Shown piece by piece: positions 42,669 through 52,989 of a stretch of 64,000 bases of DNA. Both the position numbers and the translations under genes were made by a program. Origin of the DNA: Acidimicrobiia bacterium (lineage in GTDB: Bacteria > Actinomycetota > Acidimicrobiia > Spongiisociales > ZC4RG35); NCBI GenBank assembly GCA_965261135.1, contig OZ253443.1, positions 2,597,677-2,661,676 of the forward strand, in the 5' to 3' direction. The notes under the pieces were generated by a model, which searched no databases, had not been told where the DNA came from, and saw nothing but the letters and a program-made list of their open reading frames with translations. The first letter of the stretch is position 1. Every line of letters starts with the position of its first letter.

Positions 42669-43682
42669 ATGATGAGAGTTCTATATTTGACCCACCCTGC
42701 GTTCTACCGACATCAAGCCGGACGCCACCACCCCGAACGGCCCGCTCGGCTGGAGGCCGTCCAGCGGGGGGTGGACGCCTCGAGTCTGGCCATCGAGACA
42801 GTGGAGGCTCCCGAGGCGGATCATGACCTTTTGGCTTTGGCGCACACCTCCTCTTACATTTCTTACATCAGGGAGTTCATTGCCGCGGGGGGAGGGCGGC
42901 TTGACCCCGACACCGCCGCCGGCCCAGGGTCATGGGAGGCGGCCTGTCGCGCAGCGGGAGCGGGCCCCCATGCGGCGCAACTTCTGGAGAGTGAGACCGA
43001 GGCGGTCGCGCTCTTGGCGGTCAGGCCTCCCGGCCACCATGCCCTGGCCGATCGGGCGATGGGGTTTTGCCTGTTCAACAACGCGGCCATCACCGCTCGC
43101 CACCTGCAGGGCCGGGGAGAAAAAGTAGCGATCATCGACTGGGATGTGCATCACGGCAATGGGACGGACGCCGAGTTCCACCGCGATCCGGAAGTGTTCT
43201 ATATAAGCGCTCATCAATGGCCCTACTACCCGGGGACCGGTGCTCTCGACGAGATAGGGTCGGGGCCGGGCAAGGGATACACGATCAACGCCGCTTGGCC
43301 GGCCGGAACGGGCGGTGATGCGTACCGGCGGCTCTTTACGGAGATGGTCATCCCCCGCCTGCGGCGATTCTCGCCCGATTGGATCCTGGTGAGCTGCGGA
43401 TTCGATGCCCATCATTTGGATCCCCTGGCCGGGTTGCGGCTCACCGAGGGCGATTACCACTTCATGGCCGCCCGGCTTTCGGAAATCGTCCCGCCCAACC
43501 GGACATTGATCTTCCTGGAAGGTGGTTACGACCTCGATGCCATAGCCGAATCCACACGGGCGACCTTGCTGGGATTTGCCGGCCGATCCTATGCGTCTCC
43601 AACTCCGCCATTTACCTCCCCGCCTCCAGCTCATCGCATTCTGGACGCACTGGCGGATATTCATGACCGGGTGAAGGGGTGA
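42669..43682 (+). CDS. Histone deacetylase family (acetylpolyamine amidohydrolase-like)
   Basis: HPERPARL, RPPGHHA, GFCLFNN, DWDVHHGNGT, LEGGY. Confidence 0.92.
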   Translation: MMRVLYLTHPAFYRHQAGRHHPERPARLEAVQRGVDASSLAIETVEAPEADHDLLALAHTSSYISYIREFIAAGGGRLDPDTAAGPGSWEAACRAAGAGPHAAQLLESETEAVALLAVRPPGHHALADRAMGFCLFNNAAITARHLQGRGEKVAIIDWDVHHGNGTDAEFHRDPEVFYISAHQWPYYPGTGALDEIGSGPGKGYTINAAWPAGTGGDAYRRLFTEMVIPRLRRFSPDWILVSCGFDAHHLDPLAGLRLTEGDYHFMAARLSEIVPPNRTLIFLEGGYDLDAIAESTRATLLGFAGRSYASPTPPFTSPPPAHRILDALADIHDRVKG

Positions 43683-43734
43683 AGAACCCAAAAACCCCAT
43701 CCATTAGCGATCGGCGCCGACCAACATTGAGCCG

Positions 43735-45153
43735 GTGATTCCTGAAAGACTTACCTGGCTGTTGGACGCCGAGCAGATTCCTGGTCGGCTGGGCCGCCGC
43801 TTTGCCGAGTTTGGCCACCTTCTCTATCTGGTGGGGGGCACGGTGCGGGATGCCTTCATGACCCAAGGCCACACTGGTTCCGGCGGTGAGTTCGACTTCG
43901 CGACCGACGCACGGCCGCCGGCGATCAAAAGCATCCTGGAGGGTTGGGCGGAAAAGGTATACACCACCGGGGAGGCCTTCGGGACGGTGGCAGGCATCAA
44001 GGAGGGGGCCACCTTTGAGATAACCACCTTTCGAAGAGACGTGTACCGCACCGACAGCCGCCATCCGGAGGTTTCTTTCTCCAACACCATCGAAGAGGAC
44101 CTGGAGCGGCGGGATTTCACGGTGAACGCCCTGGCCATCAAGGTGCCTGACGCTCAGATGGTGGACCCGTTCGGAGGGCTGACCGATCTTGCCCGGCGTG
44201 TTTTGACCACCCCCACCTCGCCGGAGAAGACCTTTGAGGATGACCCGCTGCGGATGCTTCGCTTGTTTCGATTCTGGGCGGTGCTGGAGTTTCAGCCCGC
44301 CGCGCCGACACTCCAGGCAGTGGCGGGGATGTCGGGTCGCCTCCAGATAGTGTCGGCAGAGCGGATCAGGGACGAGCTCAGCAAGCTGATCACCGCTCCC
44401 CGTCCCGCCGACGCCTTGTCGGGGATGGTGAGATCCGGGCTGGTCGAGCACTTCTTGCCCGAGCTTTCCTCTCTTGAGATGGAACAGGATCCCCGCCATC
44501 GCCACAAGGACGTGTTGGCGCATAGCCTGGCGGTGGTGGAGAAGGCCCCTCCTCGACTGGTGTTGCGGCTGGCCTGTTTGCTCCATGACATAGGAAAGCC
44601 CGACACCCGCAGTTACGGGCCCAAGGGAGTCAGCTTTCACCATCACGAGGTGGTGGGCGCCCGACTGGCTCGCCGTCGCCTGGAGGAGCTTCGCTATCCA
44701 CGGGCGGTAATAAACGATGTAACTCAACTGGTGGAGCTACATCTGCGTCCTCACACCCTCAAGATGGGCTGGACGGATTCGGCGGTGCGCCGCTATGTGC
44801 GGGATGCCGGACCGCTCTTGGAGGATCTCAACGAATTGGTCCGCTGTGATGTGACCACCGTGAATCAGCGTCGGGCCATCTCTATTCAGAGTCGGATCGA
44901 CTGGTTGGAGGGGCGCATCGCCGAACTCAAGAAAAAGGAGGATCTCGACCGTCTCCGCGCACCGGTCAACGGCCATCAGATTATGTCCTATCTGGGGATC
45001 CCTCCCGGCCCGCCGGTGGGCGAGATTATGAAAATCCTCCTGGAAAGACGAATAGAAGAGGGTCCCTATTCTGAGCAGGATGCGCTGGAGATCGCCCGGC
45101 GGTGGGCAATAGGAAAGGGATGGGAAGACCCGGGCCCCCCTTCCCTGGAGTGA
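43735..45153 (+). CDS. cca: CCA tRNA nucleotidyltransferase with HD domain
   Basis: LVGGTVRD, FDFAT, RRDFTVNA, DDPLRMLR, LLHDIGK. Confidence 0.9.
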   Translation: MIPERLTWLLDAEQIPGRLGRRFAEFGHLLYLVGGTVRDAFMTQGHTGSGGEFDFATDARPPAIKSILEGWAEKVYTTGEAFGTVAGIKEGATFEITTFRRDVYRTDSRHPEVSFSNTIEEDLERRDFTVNALAIKVPDAQMVDPFGGLTDLARRVLTTPTSPEKTFEDDPLRMLRLFRFWAVLEFQPAAPTLQAVAGMSGRLQIVSAERIRDELSKLITAPRPADALSGMVRSGLVEHFLPELSSLEMEQDPRHRHKDVLAHSLAVVEKAPPRLVLRLACLLHDIGKPDTRSYGPKGVSFHHHEVVGARLARRRLEELRYPRAVINDVTQLVELHLRPHTLKMGWTDSAVRRYVRDAGPLLEDLNELVRCDVTTVNQRRAISIQSRIDWLEGRIAELKKKEDLDRLRAPVNGHQIMSYLGIPPGPPVGEIMKILLERRIEEGPYSEQDALEIARRWAIGKGWEDPGPPSLE

Positions 45154-46868
45154 AAAAAGCCATAGCGATCGTGGCGCTGGTGGGAGGACTGGCAGTTCTT
45201 GCCTCCTGCGATGGAGGCCCCGAGCCAATCGCTTCCTCCACTTCTTCGACCGTTACCGTCCCCGATGTCGGTGAAACACCGGAGACCTCCACCACGACCA
45301 CTACTACGACCACCACGGTCCCCCCGACCACAACCACTGCCCCACCCTCCACCACGACCACCACGCTCCCCCCGACCACAACCACTGCCCCACCCTCCAC
45401 CACAACCACCACAACCACCACGACCCCGCCGGAGCCGACATTGTGGGAGCGTCTCCAAGCGTCGGGAAGAGAAGGAGTAGGGGACTCCTTGTATCCAACC
45501 CTCGGCTCCTCCGGCTACGACGTAGAGAGCTACCTGATCGAGATGCGCTTCGATCCGATCACCAGGTGGCTGTCGGCCTCCTCCACCATCACAGCCATGG
45601 TCACCGCCGATCTCGATCTATTCAGTCTGGATTTTTTCGGCATGGAGACCAGCGGGGTGACGGTCAACGGCGCCGCGGCGGGCTACGAGCAAGTCTCCGA
45701 AGAGCTGATCATCGAACCCTCCCATCCGCTCGGGCATGGAGACTCGATGACGGTGGTTGTCTTCTATGAAGGAGTGGTTGTCTCCCGGCCCGCCCAGGCG
45801 ATCCAGGGATACACCTCCGGTGGGCATTGGTCGGTCGACGAGGAGACCTTCTTTGTGCTGAACGAGCCGGATGGCTCTGCCGCTTGGGCGCCTTTCAACG
45901 ATCATCCCCTGGACAAGGCGCTGGTAACTGTGGAGGTGGAGGTTCCCGCCGGTTGGACGGCGGTGTCAGGCGGAAGGCTTACAGAGTCACGGGAAGAAGG
46001 GCAGGCCGCGCTCTTTCGATGGTCGATGGAATATCCCGTGGCGCCCTATCTGGTTCCCCTCGGAATCGGGCGGTTTGCTTCCCGTTCCGAGCCCGACCCC
46101 CTGGGTCTGGAGATCACCACCTGGTATCCGGAGGGCCTGGACCCCGAGTTGCTCGATCCCTTCACCCGCCAGCACCGATTCCTGCAATTCCTGTCCGGGC
46201 TGTTCGGGCCCTATCCCTTCGAAACGGTGGGCGCCATGGTGGTTGATGCCGGAGTGGGGCTGGTCCTGGAGCATCAGACCCTCCCCACTTACGACATTTC
46301 TTTGCTGTGGGAGGAGGTGGTGATACACGAACTCGCCCACCAATGGTTCGGAGACTCGGTGTCGGTGGCGGACTGGAGCGACATCTGGCTCAACGAGGGC
46401 CCCGCCACCCTTGCAGAGTGGCTCTGGACGGAGGAAACTCTGGGAGTGACCGACTACGACCGAGTGGTGGCCAATCACTACCGACTGTTCTCCGGCGAGT
46501 TGTACCTCGATGAGAGCGGTTCTCCCGAAGAGGCGGCGGCCGCCGCTGCCCGCCGGTTCTATCCCCCCGGATTGCCACCCGCCAATGATCTGTTCAACTT
46601 TTCGGTGTACGGGCGGGGAGCGTTGACTCTGGCCGCCCTCCGAGACGACCTGGGCGACGCCACGTTTTTCGGAATGCTCAGAAGCTGGCACGACACCAAT
46701 CGCTACGGAAACGCCACCACCGCCGAATTCCTGTCCTTGACCGAAGAGACAGGAGGACCCTCAGCGCGCAAGTTGGTGGAAGCCTGGCTGTATGACCCAG
46801 TACCACCCCCTATGCCTGACCGAGACCTTTACCCTCTTGGGCACGAGGAGGATTCCCAGGGCGCATAA
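45150..46868 (+). CDS. M1-family zinc aminopeptidase lipoprotein
   Basis: Lipobox LASC, Thr/Pro linker, HELAHQWFG...WLNEG. Confidence 0.9.
   Translation: MKKAIAIVALVGGLAVLASCDGGPEPIASSTSSTVTVPDVGETPETSTTTTTTTTTVPPTTTTAPPSTTTTTLPPTTTTAPPSTTTTTTTTTPPEPTLWERLQASGREGVGDSLYPTLGSSGYDVESYLIEMRFDPITRWLSASSTITAMVTADLDLFSLDFFGMETSGVTVNGAAAGYEQVSEELIIEPSHPLGHGDSMTVVVFYEGVVVSRPAQAIQGYTSGGHWSVDEETFFVLNEPDGSAAWAPFNDHPLDKALVTVEVEVPAGWTAVSGGRLTESREEGQAALFRWSMEYPVAPYLVPLGIGRFASRSEPDPLGLEITTWYPEGLDPELLDPFTRQHRFLQFLSGLFGPYPFETVGAMVVDAGVGLVLEHQTLPTYDISLLWEEVVIHELAHQWFGDSVSVADWSDIWLNEGPATLAEWLWTEETLGVTDYDRVVANHYRLFSGELYLDESGSPEEAAAAAARRFYPPGLPPANDLFNFSVYGRGALTLAALRDDLGDATFFGMLRSWHDTNRYGNATTAEFLSLTEETGGPSARKLVEAWLYDPVPPPMPDRDLYPLGHEEDSQGA
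45287..45425. repeat. Thr/Pro-rich coding repeat (TTTTxPP linker)
   Basis: Duplicated cccccgaccacaaccactgccccaccctccacc units. Confidence 0.7.
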
Positions 46869-46987
46869 AAAGTGCGGGAAGTCGCCGGGTGCAGGGCACG
46901 CGCCATTCGACGAACCGGGGTCTCGGCCGCCCCGGAGTTTCAGGTTTTGCGATCAGCCCGGGAACGCATAGAATCCCCTTTGGTTTT

Positions 46988-47022
46988 ATGCGCATATTCG
47001 TATATAGTCATCTTGATGCGAA
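46988..47022. promoter_or_regulatory. Putative ARG-box operator/promoter upstream of argC
   Basis: AT-rich imperfect tandem palindromes (atgcgcatattcgtatat agtcatcttgatgcg) directly before the arg operon that contains argR. Confidence 0.45.
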
Positions 47023-47035
47023 TCGGTGATAGCAG

Positions 47036-48058
47036 ATGAAACTGAAGGCGGCGGTGATCGGTGCGTCCGGATATGCCGGTGGAGAGTTGATCCGGCTGCT
47101 GGATGCCCACCCGGTCTTCGACCTTGTGTGGCTCGGCGCCCATACCCGGGCCGGCGCGGCGTTGGGGGAGGTGCATCCTCATCTCTCCGAGAGTGATCGT
47201 CGGCTATCGCCCACGACTGTGGAGAACATCCCCCCGGTGGATGCCGCGTTTCTGGCTCTGCCGCACGGGGCATCCTATGAGTTGGGGCACGTGTTGGCAG
47301 AGAGAGGCGCGGCCGTGTTCGACCTGGGATCTGACTATCGTTTCGACACCGAGGCGCGCTATGAGACGGCCTACGGCGCTCTCCATCCGGCCGGCAATCG
47401 CCTGGGCGAGTGGCAATACGGCCTCCCGGAGTTGTTCGGCTTGGAAGGGGCGCGGAGGGTGGCCCTGCCGGGCTGCTATCCCACCGCGGTGCTGTTGGCG
47501 GCTGTTCCACTGCTGGCGGGGGGATTGACTTCCGGCCCGGTGGTGGCCGACTGCCTCTCGGGCGTCTCGGGAGCGGGAAGATCCCTCCGGTCCGATTTGC
47601 TGTTCGGGCAGGTCGCGGAAGGAGCGCAAGCCTATGGGGTTACCACCCATCGGCACCGGCCCGAGATCGAGATGGGCATGGAGATGGCCGGGGTTTCCGC
47701 CCGGGTCACCTTCACGCCCCACCTGCTTCCCATCCAGCGGGGGTTGCTGGCCACCGTAACCATGCCCGCCGTCGAGCCTCCGGTGGATCGTGAAGACCTC
47801 CTGGGTGTCCTGGGCAAGATGTATGAGGGCCGTCCTCTGGTGGAAGTGGTGGATCGTCCCCCCCAGACGCGATGGGTGGCGGGGTCCAGCCGGGCGCTGG
47901 TCACGGCCTTCTTCGATTCCCACACCGGGATGGTGATAGCCCAGGCTGCATTGGACAACCTCTTGAAGGGCGCCGCCGGCCAAGCCGTCCAAGCCGCCAA
48001 CCTGGTATATGGCCTGGAGGAGGCGACCGGCTTGGATATAACGGGGTGGATGCCATGA
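47036..48058 (+). CDS. argC: N-acetyl-gamma-glutamyl-phosphate reductase
   Basis: GASGYAG, PGCYPT, SGVSGAG, DNLLKGAAGQAVQ. Confidence 0.96.
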   Translation: MKLKAAVIGASGYAGGELIRLLDAHPVFDLVWLGAHTRAGAALGEVHPHLSESDRRLSPTTVENIPPVDAAFLALPHGASYELGHVLAERGAAVFDLGSDYRFDTEARYETAYGALHPAGNRLGEWQYGLPELFGLEGARRVALPGCYPTAVLLAAVPLLAGGLTSGPVVADCLSGVSGAGRSLRSDLLFGQVAEGAQAYGVTTHRHRPEIEMGMEMAGVSARVTFTPHLLPIQRGLLATVTMPAVEPPVDREDLLGVLGKMYEGRPLVEVVDRPPQTRWVAGSSRALVTAFFDSHTGMVIAQAALDNLLKGAAGQAVQAANLVYGLEEATGLDITGWMP

Positions 48059-49221
48059 GCGTTACTTTTCCGAAAGGCTTTTGGGCGTCGTCCGCCGTGG
48101 CTGGGATCAAGCCCTCCGGCGCGCCGGACCTGAGCCTGGTGATGGCCACGGAAACGGTCCCCGCCGCGGCGGTGTTTACCCCGAACAGGGCTGCAGCTCC
48201 GCCGGTGCGGCTCTCCCGGCGTCATATGGAGGTGTCGGGAGGACGGATCCGAGGGGTAATACTCAACTCGGGTTGCGCCAACGCCGCCACCGGGGCGCGT
48301 GGCGCCCAGGCCGCCCATGACACGGCTGCCGCGGCAGCCCGGGCTTTGGGATGCGCGGTCACGGAGGTGTTGGTCTGTTCGACGGGACCGATCGGTCCTC
48401 GGTTGCCCATGGACAAGATCATCCCCACCATTCAACTACTTGCTGCCCGGGCGGCTGCCAGCCCCGCGGCGGGGCGGGAAGCCGCGGCGGGGCTCATGAC
48501 CACCGACACCTTCATAAAAGAGGCGGCGGTCTCGGACCCAGGAGGATTTCGGGTGGGAGGGATGGCCAAAGGGGCAGCGATGATCCGCCCGAACATGGCC
48601 ACGATGCTGGCGGTGATCACCACCGACGCCATCGCCTCGCCCCATCGGCTGCGGGAGGCGCTTGGCCATGCGGTGGATGAGACTTTCAACAGCATCAATA
48701 TCGACGGGTGCGAGTCCACCAACGACACGGTGATACTTTTGGCTTCCGGCGCTTCGGGGATTGAGCCATCAGCCGAGGACCTGATCCGGGGGGTCCGATC
48801 GGTGTGCGCCCGACTTGCCCGCGACATCGTTGCGGACGCGGAGGAGTGCACACGAGTGGTGACCCTCCGCGTTAGTGGCGCTTCGAATAACGGTTCCGCC
48901 CGCCGCATGGGAATGGCGATAGCCGACTCTGATTTGGTACGCTGCTCCTTTTATGGGGGAGACCCCAATTGGGGGAGGCTGGTGGCCGCGCTCGGAGCCT
49001 GTGGGGAGCCCGTGGACGCCGATCGGATCGGAATCACCTACCAGGGTGCACCGGTGGCAAGGGGCGGGGTGTTCACGGGCGTGGACCTGGCCGCGGTGGG
49101 GAGCCTGCTGGTTGGCGACTTCGAGGTCGGGGTCACGGTTGGGGACGGTCCGGGAACCGCCGAGATCCTCACTTGCGACCTCACCCCCGGATACGTGACT
49201 TACAACGGGGAGCCATCATGA
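48055..49221 (+). CDS. argJ: Ornithine acetyltransferase / N-acetylglutamate synthase
   Basis: NSGCANA, KGAAMIRPNMATML, STNDT, DPNWGR. Confidence 0.95.
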   Translation: MSVTFPKGFWASSAVAGIKPSGAPDLSLVMATETVPAAAVFTPNRAAAPPVRLSRRHMEVSGGRIRGVILNSGCANAATGARGAQAAHDTAAAAARALGCAVTEVLVCSTGPIGPRLPMDKIIPTIQLLAARAAASPAAGREAAAGLMTTDTFIKEAAVSDPGGFRVGGMAKGAAMIRPNMATMLAVITTDAIASPHRLREALGHAVDETFNSINIDGCESTNDTVILLASGASGIEPSAEDLIRGVRSVCARLARDIVADAEECTRVVTLRVSGASNNGSARRMGMAIADSDLVRCSFYGGDPNWGRLVAALGACGEPVDADRIGITYQGAPVARGGVFTGVDLAAVGSLLVGDFEVGVTVGDGPGTAEILTCDLTPGYVTYNGEPS

Positions 49222-50123
49222 CCACCGGCCACAGCCCTCCCACCCGGCTCAAGCCTCGCATCGCCTCTTCGATGGGGAAGGCGGCCATCCTCATGGAAGC
49301 GCTGCCTTACATCCGTCGTTTTGCCGGGACCACCGTGGTGGTCAAGTACGGCGGCTCGGCGATGGATGACCCGATTTTCGCCCAGTCCTTCGCCAGGGAT
49401 GTGACGCTTCTCTCCCAAGTGGGGATCAAGGTGGTGGTGGTCCACGGCGGCGGGCCACAGATCACGGCGGCCATGAAGAGGGAGGGGATTGCTCCAACCT
49501 GGGTGGACGGACTGCGGGTGACCAATGCCCGCACCATGGAGTTGGTGCGCAGGGTGCTGGGAGGGGAGGTCAACGGTGAGATCGCCCGCCTCTTGGCGAC
49601 CAGCGGCGCCAAGGCGGTGGGCTTGAGCGGTGTGGATTCCGCACTGTTCCGCTGTCGGCGGCTGGACAGCCGCCTGGGGAGGGTGGGTGATCTGTCCGAA
49701 GTGAATCCGGCTCTGGTGGAGCTCCTTTTGGAGGGAGGGATAACACCGGTGGTGGCGCCGCTGGGACTGGGCTTTGACGGTGAGGTCTACAACCTGAACG
49801 CCGACACCGTGGCCGGCGCCCTGGCCGCCGCGCTGGGAGCCCAGAAACTGGTGTTCCTCACCGATGTGGAGGGGGTGTACCGCAATCCCAACGACGCCTC
49901 CTCGCTCATCTCCAAGATGACCCTGGCCGAGTTGGTGATGATGGTCGACCGGTTCAAGGGAGGAATGCTTCCCAAGTTGCGGGCGGTGGTGGAAGCCATG
50001 AAAGGCGGGGTCTCCCAGGCCCATGTCCTGGACGGGCGGGTTCAACACGCCCTGTTGTTGGAGATGTTCACTCCCGAGGGAATAGGGACCATGGTCATTC
50101 ACCAGGAAGGAGAGCAAAAGTGA
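49218..50123 (+). CDS. argB: Acetylglutamate kinase
   Basis: VVKYGG, VHGGGPQI, NLNAD, GGMLPK. Confidence 0.95.
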   Translation: MTTGHSPPTRLKPRIASSMGKAAILMEALPYIRRFAGTTVVVKYGGSAMDDPIFAQSFARDVTLLSQVGIKVVVVHGGGPQITAAMKREGIAPTWVDGLRVTNARTMELVRRVLGGEVNGEIARLLATSGAKAVGLSGVDSALFRCRRLDSRLGRVGDLSEVNPALVELLLEGGITPVVAPLGLGFDGEVYNLNADTVAGALAAALGAQKLVFLTDVEGVYRNPNDASSLISKMTLAELVMMVDRFKGGMLPKLRAVVEAMKGGVSQAHVLDGRVQHALLLEMFTPEGIGTMVIHQEGEQK

Positions 50124-51310
50124 GCTCCTGGATCGAGAACGCGGACCGGACACTCATCCCTGCCTATGGGCGAACGCCAGTTGTCTTCACCCGGGGCGAG
50201 GGCGTCTGGCTTTATGATCGGGAGGGGCGGTCCTATCTGGATTGTCTGACCGGTTTGGCGGTGGTGGCGGTCGGACACGCCAACCCACGGGTGGCGGAGG
50301 CCGCCCGCGTCCAGCTCTCTGAGTTGGTTCACGTCTCCAACATCTTCTATACCGAACCGATGGTGACATTGGCCGGACGACTGACCGCACTTTCCGGGCT
50401 GGACAGGGCGTTTTTCGCCAACTGCGGGGCCACCGCCAACGAGACGGCCATCAAGCTGGCCCGCCGGTACGCCCAGGGAAAGCACGGCGCGCATCGCTAC
50501 GAGGTAGTTTCTCTGCTGGACTCTTTCCACGGGCGCACCCTGGCCACCCTGGCGGCGACCGGCCAACCCGGCAAACAGCAGACGTTCGAGCCGCTCCCGC
50601 CCGGGTTTCACCAGGTTCCCCCCGGAGATATCGACGCACTGGGCGAAGCGGTCACCGACCGCACCGCGGCGGTGATGGTGGAGACCACCCAGGGCGAGGG
50701 GGGTGTGGTTCCGCTCTCCGCCCATTACCTCCAAGAAGTTCGGGAAATGTGCAACCGGAGGGGGATTCTGATGATCATCGACGATGTCCAGGCGGGCATA
50801 GGGCGCACCGGGCACATGTTTTCTTGGCAGGGCCTGGGTTTCGAGCCGGATATCGCGACCGTGGCCAAGGCGCTGGCCAACGGTTTGGCGATAGGCGTCT
50901 GCCTCGCCCGTGAGGAGGTCGCCACGGCCTTTCGTCCCGGCGATCACGGCACCACTTTCGGCGGCGGTCCGGTTCCCTGCGCGGCCGCGTGTGCGGTGTT
51001 GGACGAGATCGCCGAGCGGGATCTGCTGGCCAACTGCCTGGCGCGTTCGCGCCAGTTCGCTGAAGGACTGGAAGCTCTGGATGGTGTGAAAAAGGTTCGG
51101 GGACGGGGATTGCTGCTGGCGGCCGTCCTAGAAGGGGAATGGGCGGCTGCGGCCACCCAGCGGGCATTGCAGCTCGGGTTGGTGGTCAACAACGTGCGGC
51201 CGGATGCCGTGCGCTTCGCCCCTCCGCTCACCATCACTCCCGAGGAGACCACCGAAGCGATATCGCGATTCGGCGTGGCCCTATCAGATTCGATTGCCGC
51301 GGAGGGTTGA
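50120..51310 (+). CDS. argD: Acetylornithine aminotransferase
   Basis: SFHGRT, QGEGG, DDVQAGIGRTG, HGTTFGG. Confidence 0.93.
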   Translation: MSSWIENADRTLIPAYGRTPVVFTRGEGVWLYDREGRSYLDCLTGLAVVAVGHANPRVAEAARVQLSELVHVSNIFYTEPMVTLAGRLTALSGLDRAFFANCGATANETAIKLARRYAQGKHGAHRYEVVSLLDSFHGRTLATLAATGQPGKQQTFEPLPPGFHQVPPGDIDALGEAVTDRTAAVMVETTQGEGGVVPLSAHYLQEVREMCNRRGILMIIDDVQAGIGRTGHMFSWQGLGFEPDIATVAKALANGLAIGVCLAREEVATAFRPGDHGTTFGGGPVPCAAACAVLDEIAERDLLANCLARSRQFAEGLEALDGVKKVRGRGLLLAAVLEGEWAAAATQRALQLGLVVNNVRPDAVRFAPPLTITPEETTEAISRFGVALSDSIAAEG

Positions 51311-51787
51311 ATGAGTTCGGCCGGCGCTCGCAGGCGGGCATTGCGTGGTCTGCTCGCCCGGGGAGACGCCGCGGAGCAGGCGGAGTTGGCAAAAGGGCTG
51401 GCTGCAGAAGGTTTCGTGGTCAGCCAGTCCACTGTCTCGCGGGATCTGCGTTTCCTGGGGGTGGTCAAGGACCGGCAGGGTCGCTACCGGCTGGACTCCC
51501 GCAATGCCAGGGCGGAAAGCTCCACAGACCCGGAGCGAAAGCTGGGCAAGGTGATCAACTCCTATACGGTGTCGATAGAGGCCTCGGCCAACCTGGTGGT
51601 GATGAGGACTTTTCCGGGCGCCGCCTCGGTGGTGGCCTCGGCCCTGGACGCTGCTCTGGAGAAGGGAGAGATTGTAAGTGTTCTGGGAACCGTGGCCGGA
51701 GATGACACCATCCTGGTGGTGGCGGCTCGGCCATCGGGTGGCCGGAATGTGAAGGAGCGACTGGAGAGCATCGGAGAAATGGTATGA
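51311..51787 (+). CDS. argR: Arginine repressor
   Basis: [17 protein letters not shown]. Confidence 0.95.
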   Translation: MSSAGARRRALRGLLARGDAAEQAELAKGLAAEGFVVSQSTVSRDLRFLGVVKDRQGRYRLDSRNARAESSTDPERKLGKVINSYTVSIEASANLVVMRTFPGAASVVASALDAALEKGEIVSVLGTVAGDDTILVVAARPSGGRNVKERLESIGEMV

Positions 51788-52989
51788 CCAAGGTGGTTCT
51801 TGCTTACTCGGGCGGCCTGGACACTTCGGTGATCCTGGCCTGGCTCCGAGAGGTTCACGACGCGGAGGTGATTGCCTACACCGCCGACATCGGCCAGGGC
51901 GAAGAGGTGTCAGAGGCGCGCCAGAAGGCACTCGACACAGGCGCCATCGAGGCGGTGGTCTCCGATCTGCGTCACGAATTCGTCACCGAGGCGGTGTTCC
52001 CCGCCTTTCGGGCCGGGGCGCTCTATGAGGGCTACTACCTCTTGGGGACCTCCCTGGCCCGGCCGATCATCACCCAGGGCATGATCGAGGTCGCCCGGCG
52101 GTTCGACGCCGACGCCATCTCCCACGGCGCCACCGGCAAGGGCAACGATCAGGTTCGTTTCGAGTTGTCGGCTTATGCTTTGCAACCCGACATCCAGGTG
52201 ATTGCTCCCTGGCGGGAGTGGGAGATGCGAGGCCGCGCCGATTTGGTGGAATACGCTCGCCAGCGGGGAATACCCGTCCCGGTCACGCCCGAAAAGCCCT
52301 ATTCCACTGACGCCAACCTGCTGCACATCTCCTATGAGGGAGGGGTGCTGGAAGATCCGTGGGTCGCCCCGCCGGAGAATATGTTCGCTCTGACCGTCGA
52401 TCCTCGCTTGGCGCCCGATCAGCCCGAGGAGATTACGGTTGCTTTCGAGAAGGGTGATCCGGTGGCCGTCAACGGAGAAAGGCTGGAGCCTGTTGCGCTG
52501 CTGGCGGAACTGAACCGCCTGGGCGGCCGCCACGGGGTGGGCCGGGTCGACATAGTGGAGAACCGGTTCGTGGGAATCAAGAGCCGCGGGGTGTACGAGA
52601 CGCCGGGGGGAACCATCCTCTTCCATGCTCTACGGGCGGTGGAGTCGATCACCATGGATCGTCAGGTGGCCCATCTCCGGGACGAACTCGCCCCCCGCTA
52701 CGCCGAGATGGTCTACAACGGCTTCTGGTTCGCTCCCGAGCGCCACGCCCTGCAGACGCTCTTCGACGAGATGGCGGAGGTGGTGACCGGCGAGGCGCGG
52801 CTCTCTCTCTACAAGGGGTCTGCGACGGTGCTGGGCCGCCGTTCCGACCAAAGTCTCTATGACCCCGAGCGCGCCACCTTCGAGGAGGACGAGGTGTACG
52901 ACCAGGCCGATGCCGGCGGGTTTATACGGATTAACGCTCTCCGACTGCGTCCCCCCGGCTCTTCGGGGTCGGTTGAGGGAGAGTCTTGA
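51784..52989 (+). CDS. argG: Argininosuccinate synthase
   Basis: [30 protein letters not shown]. Confidence 0.97.
   Translation: MTKVVLAYSGGLDTSVILAWLREVHDAEVIAYTADIGQGEEVSEARQKALDTGAIEAVVSDLRHEFVTEAVFPAFRAGALYEGYYLLGTSLARPIITQGMIEVARRFDADAISHGATGKGNDQVRFELSAYALQPDIQVIAPWREWEMRGRADLVEYARQRGIPVPVTPEKPYSTDANLLHISYEGGVLEDPWVAPPENMFALTVDPRLAPDQPEEITVAFEKGDPVAVNGERLEPVALLAELNRLGGRHGVGRVDIVENRFVGIKSRGVYETPGGTILFHALRAVESITMDRQVAHLRDELAPRYAEMVYNGFWFAPERHALQTLFDEMAEVVTGEARLSLYKGSATVLGRRSDQSLYDPERATFEEDEVYDQADAGGFIRINALRLRPPGSSGSVEGES

Noticed and set aside
45287-45425. Tandem repeats in lipoprotein genes (also 19908-19970) as contingency loci
   Set aside because: In-frame Thr/Pro/Ala tethers after the lipobox, ordinary for actinobacterial lipoproteins
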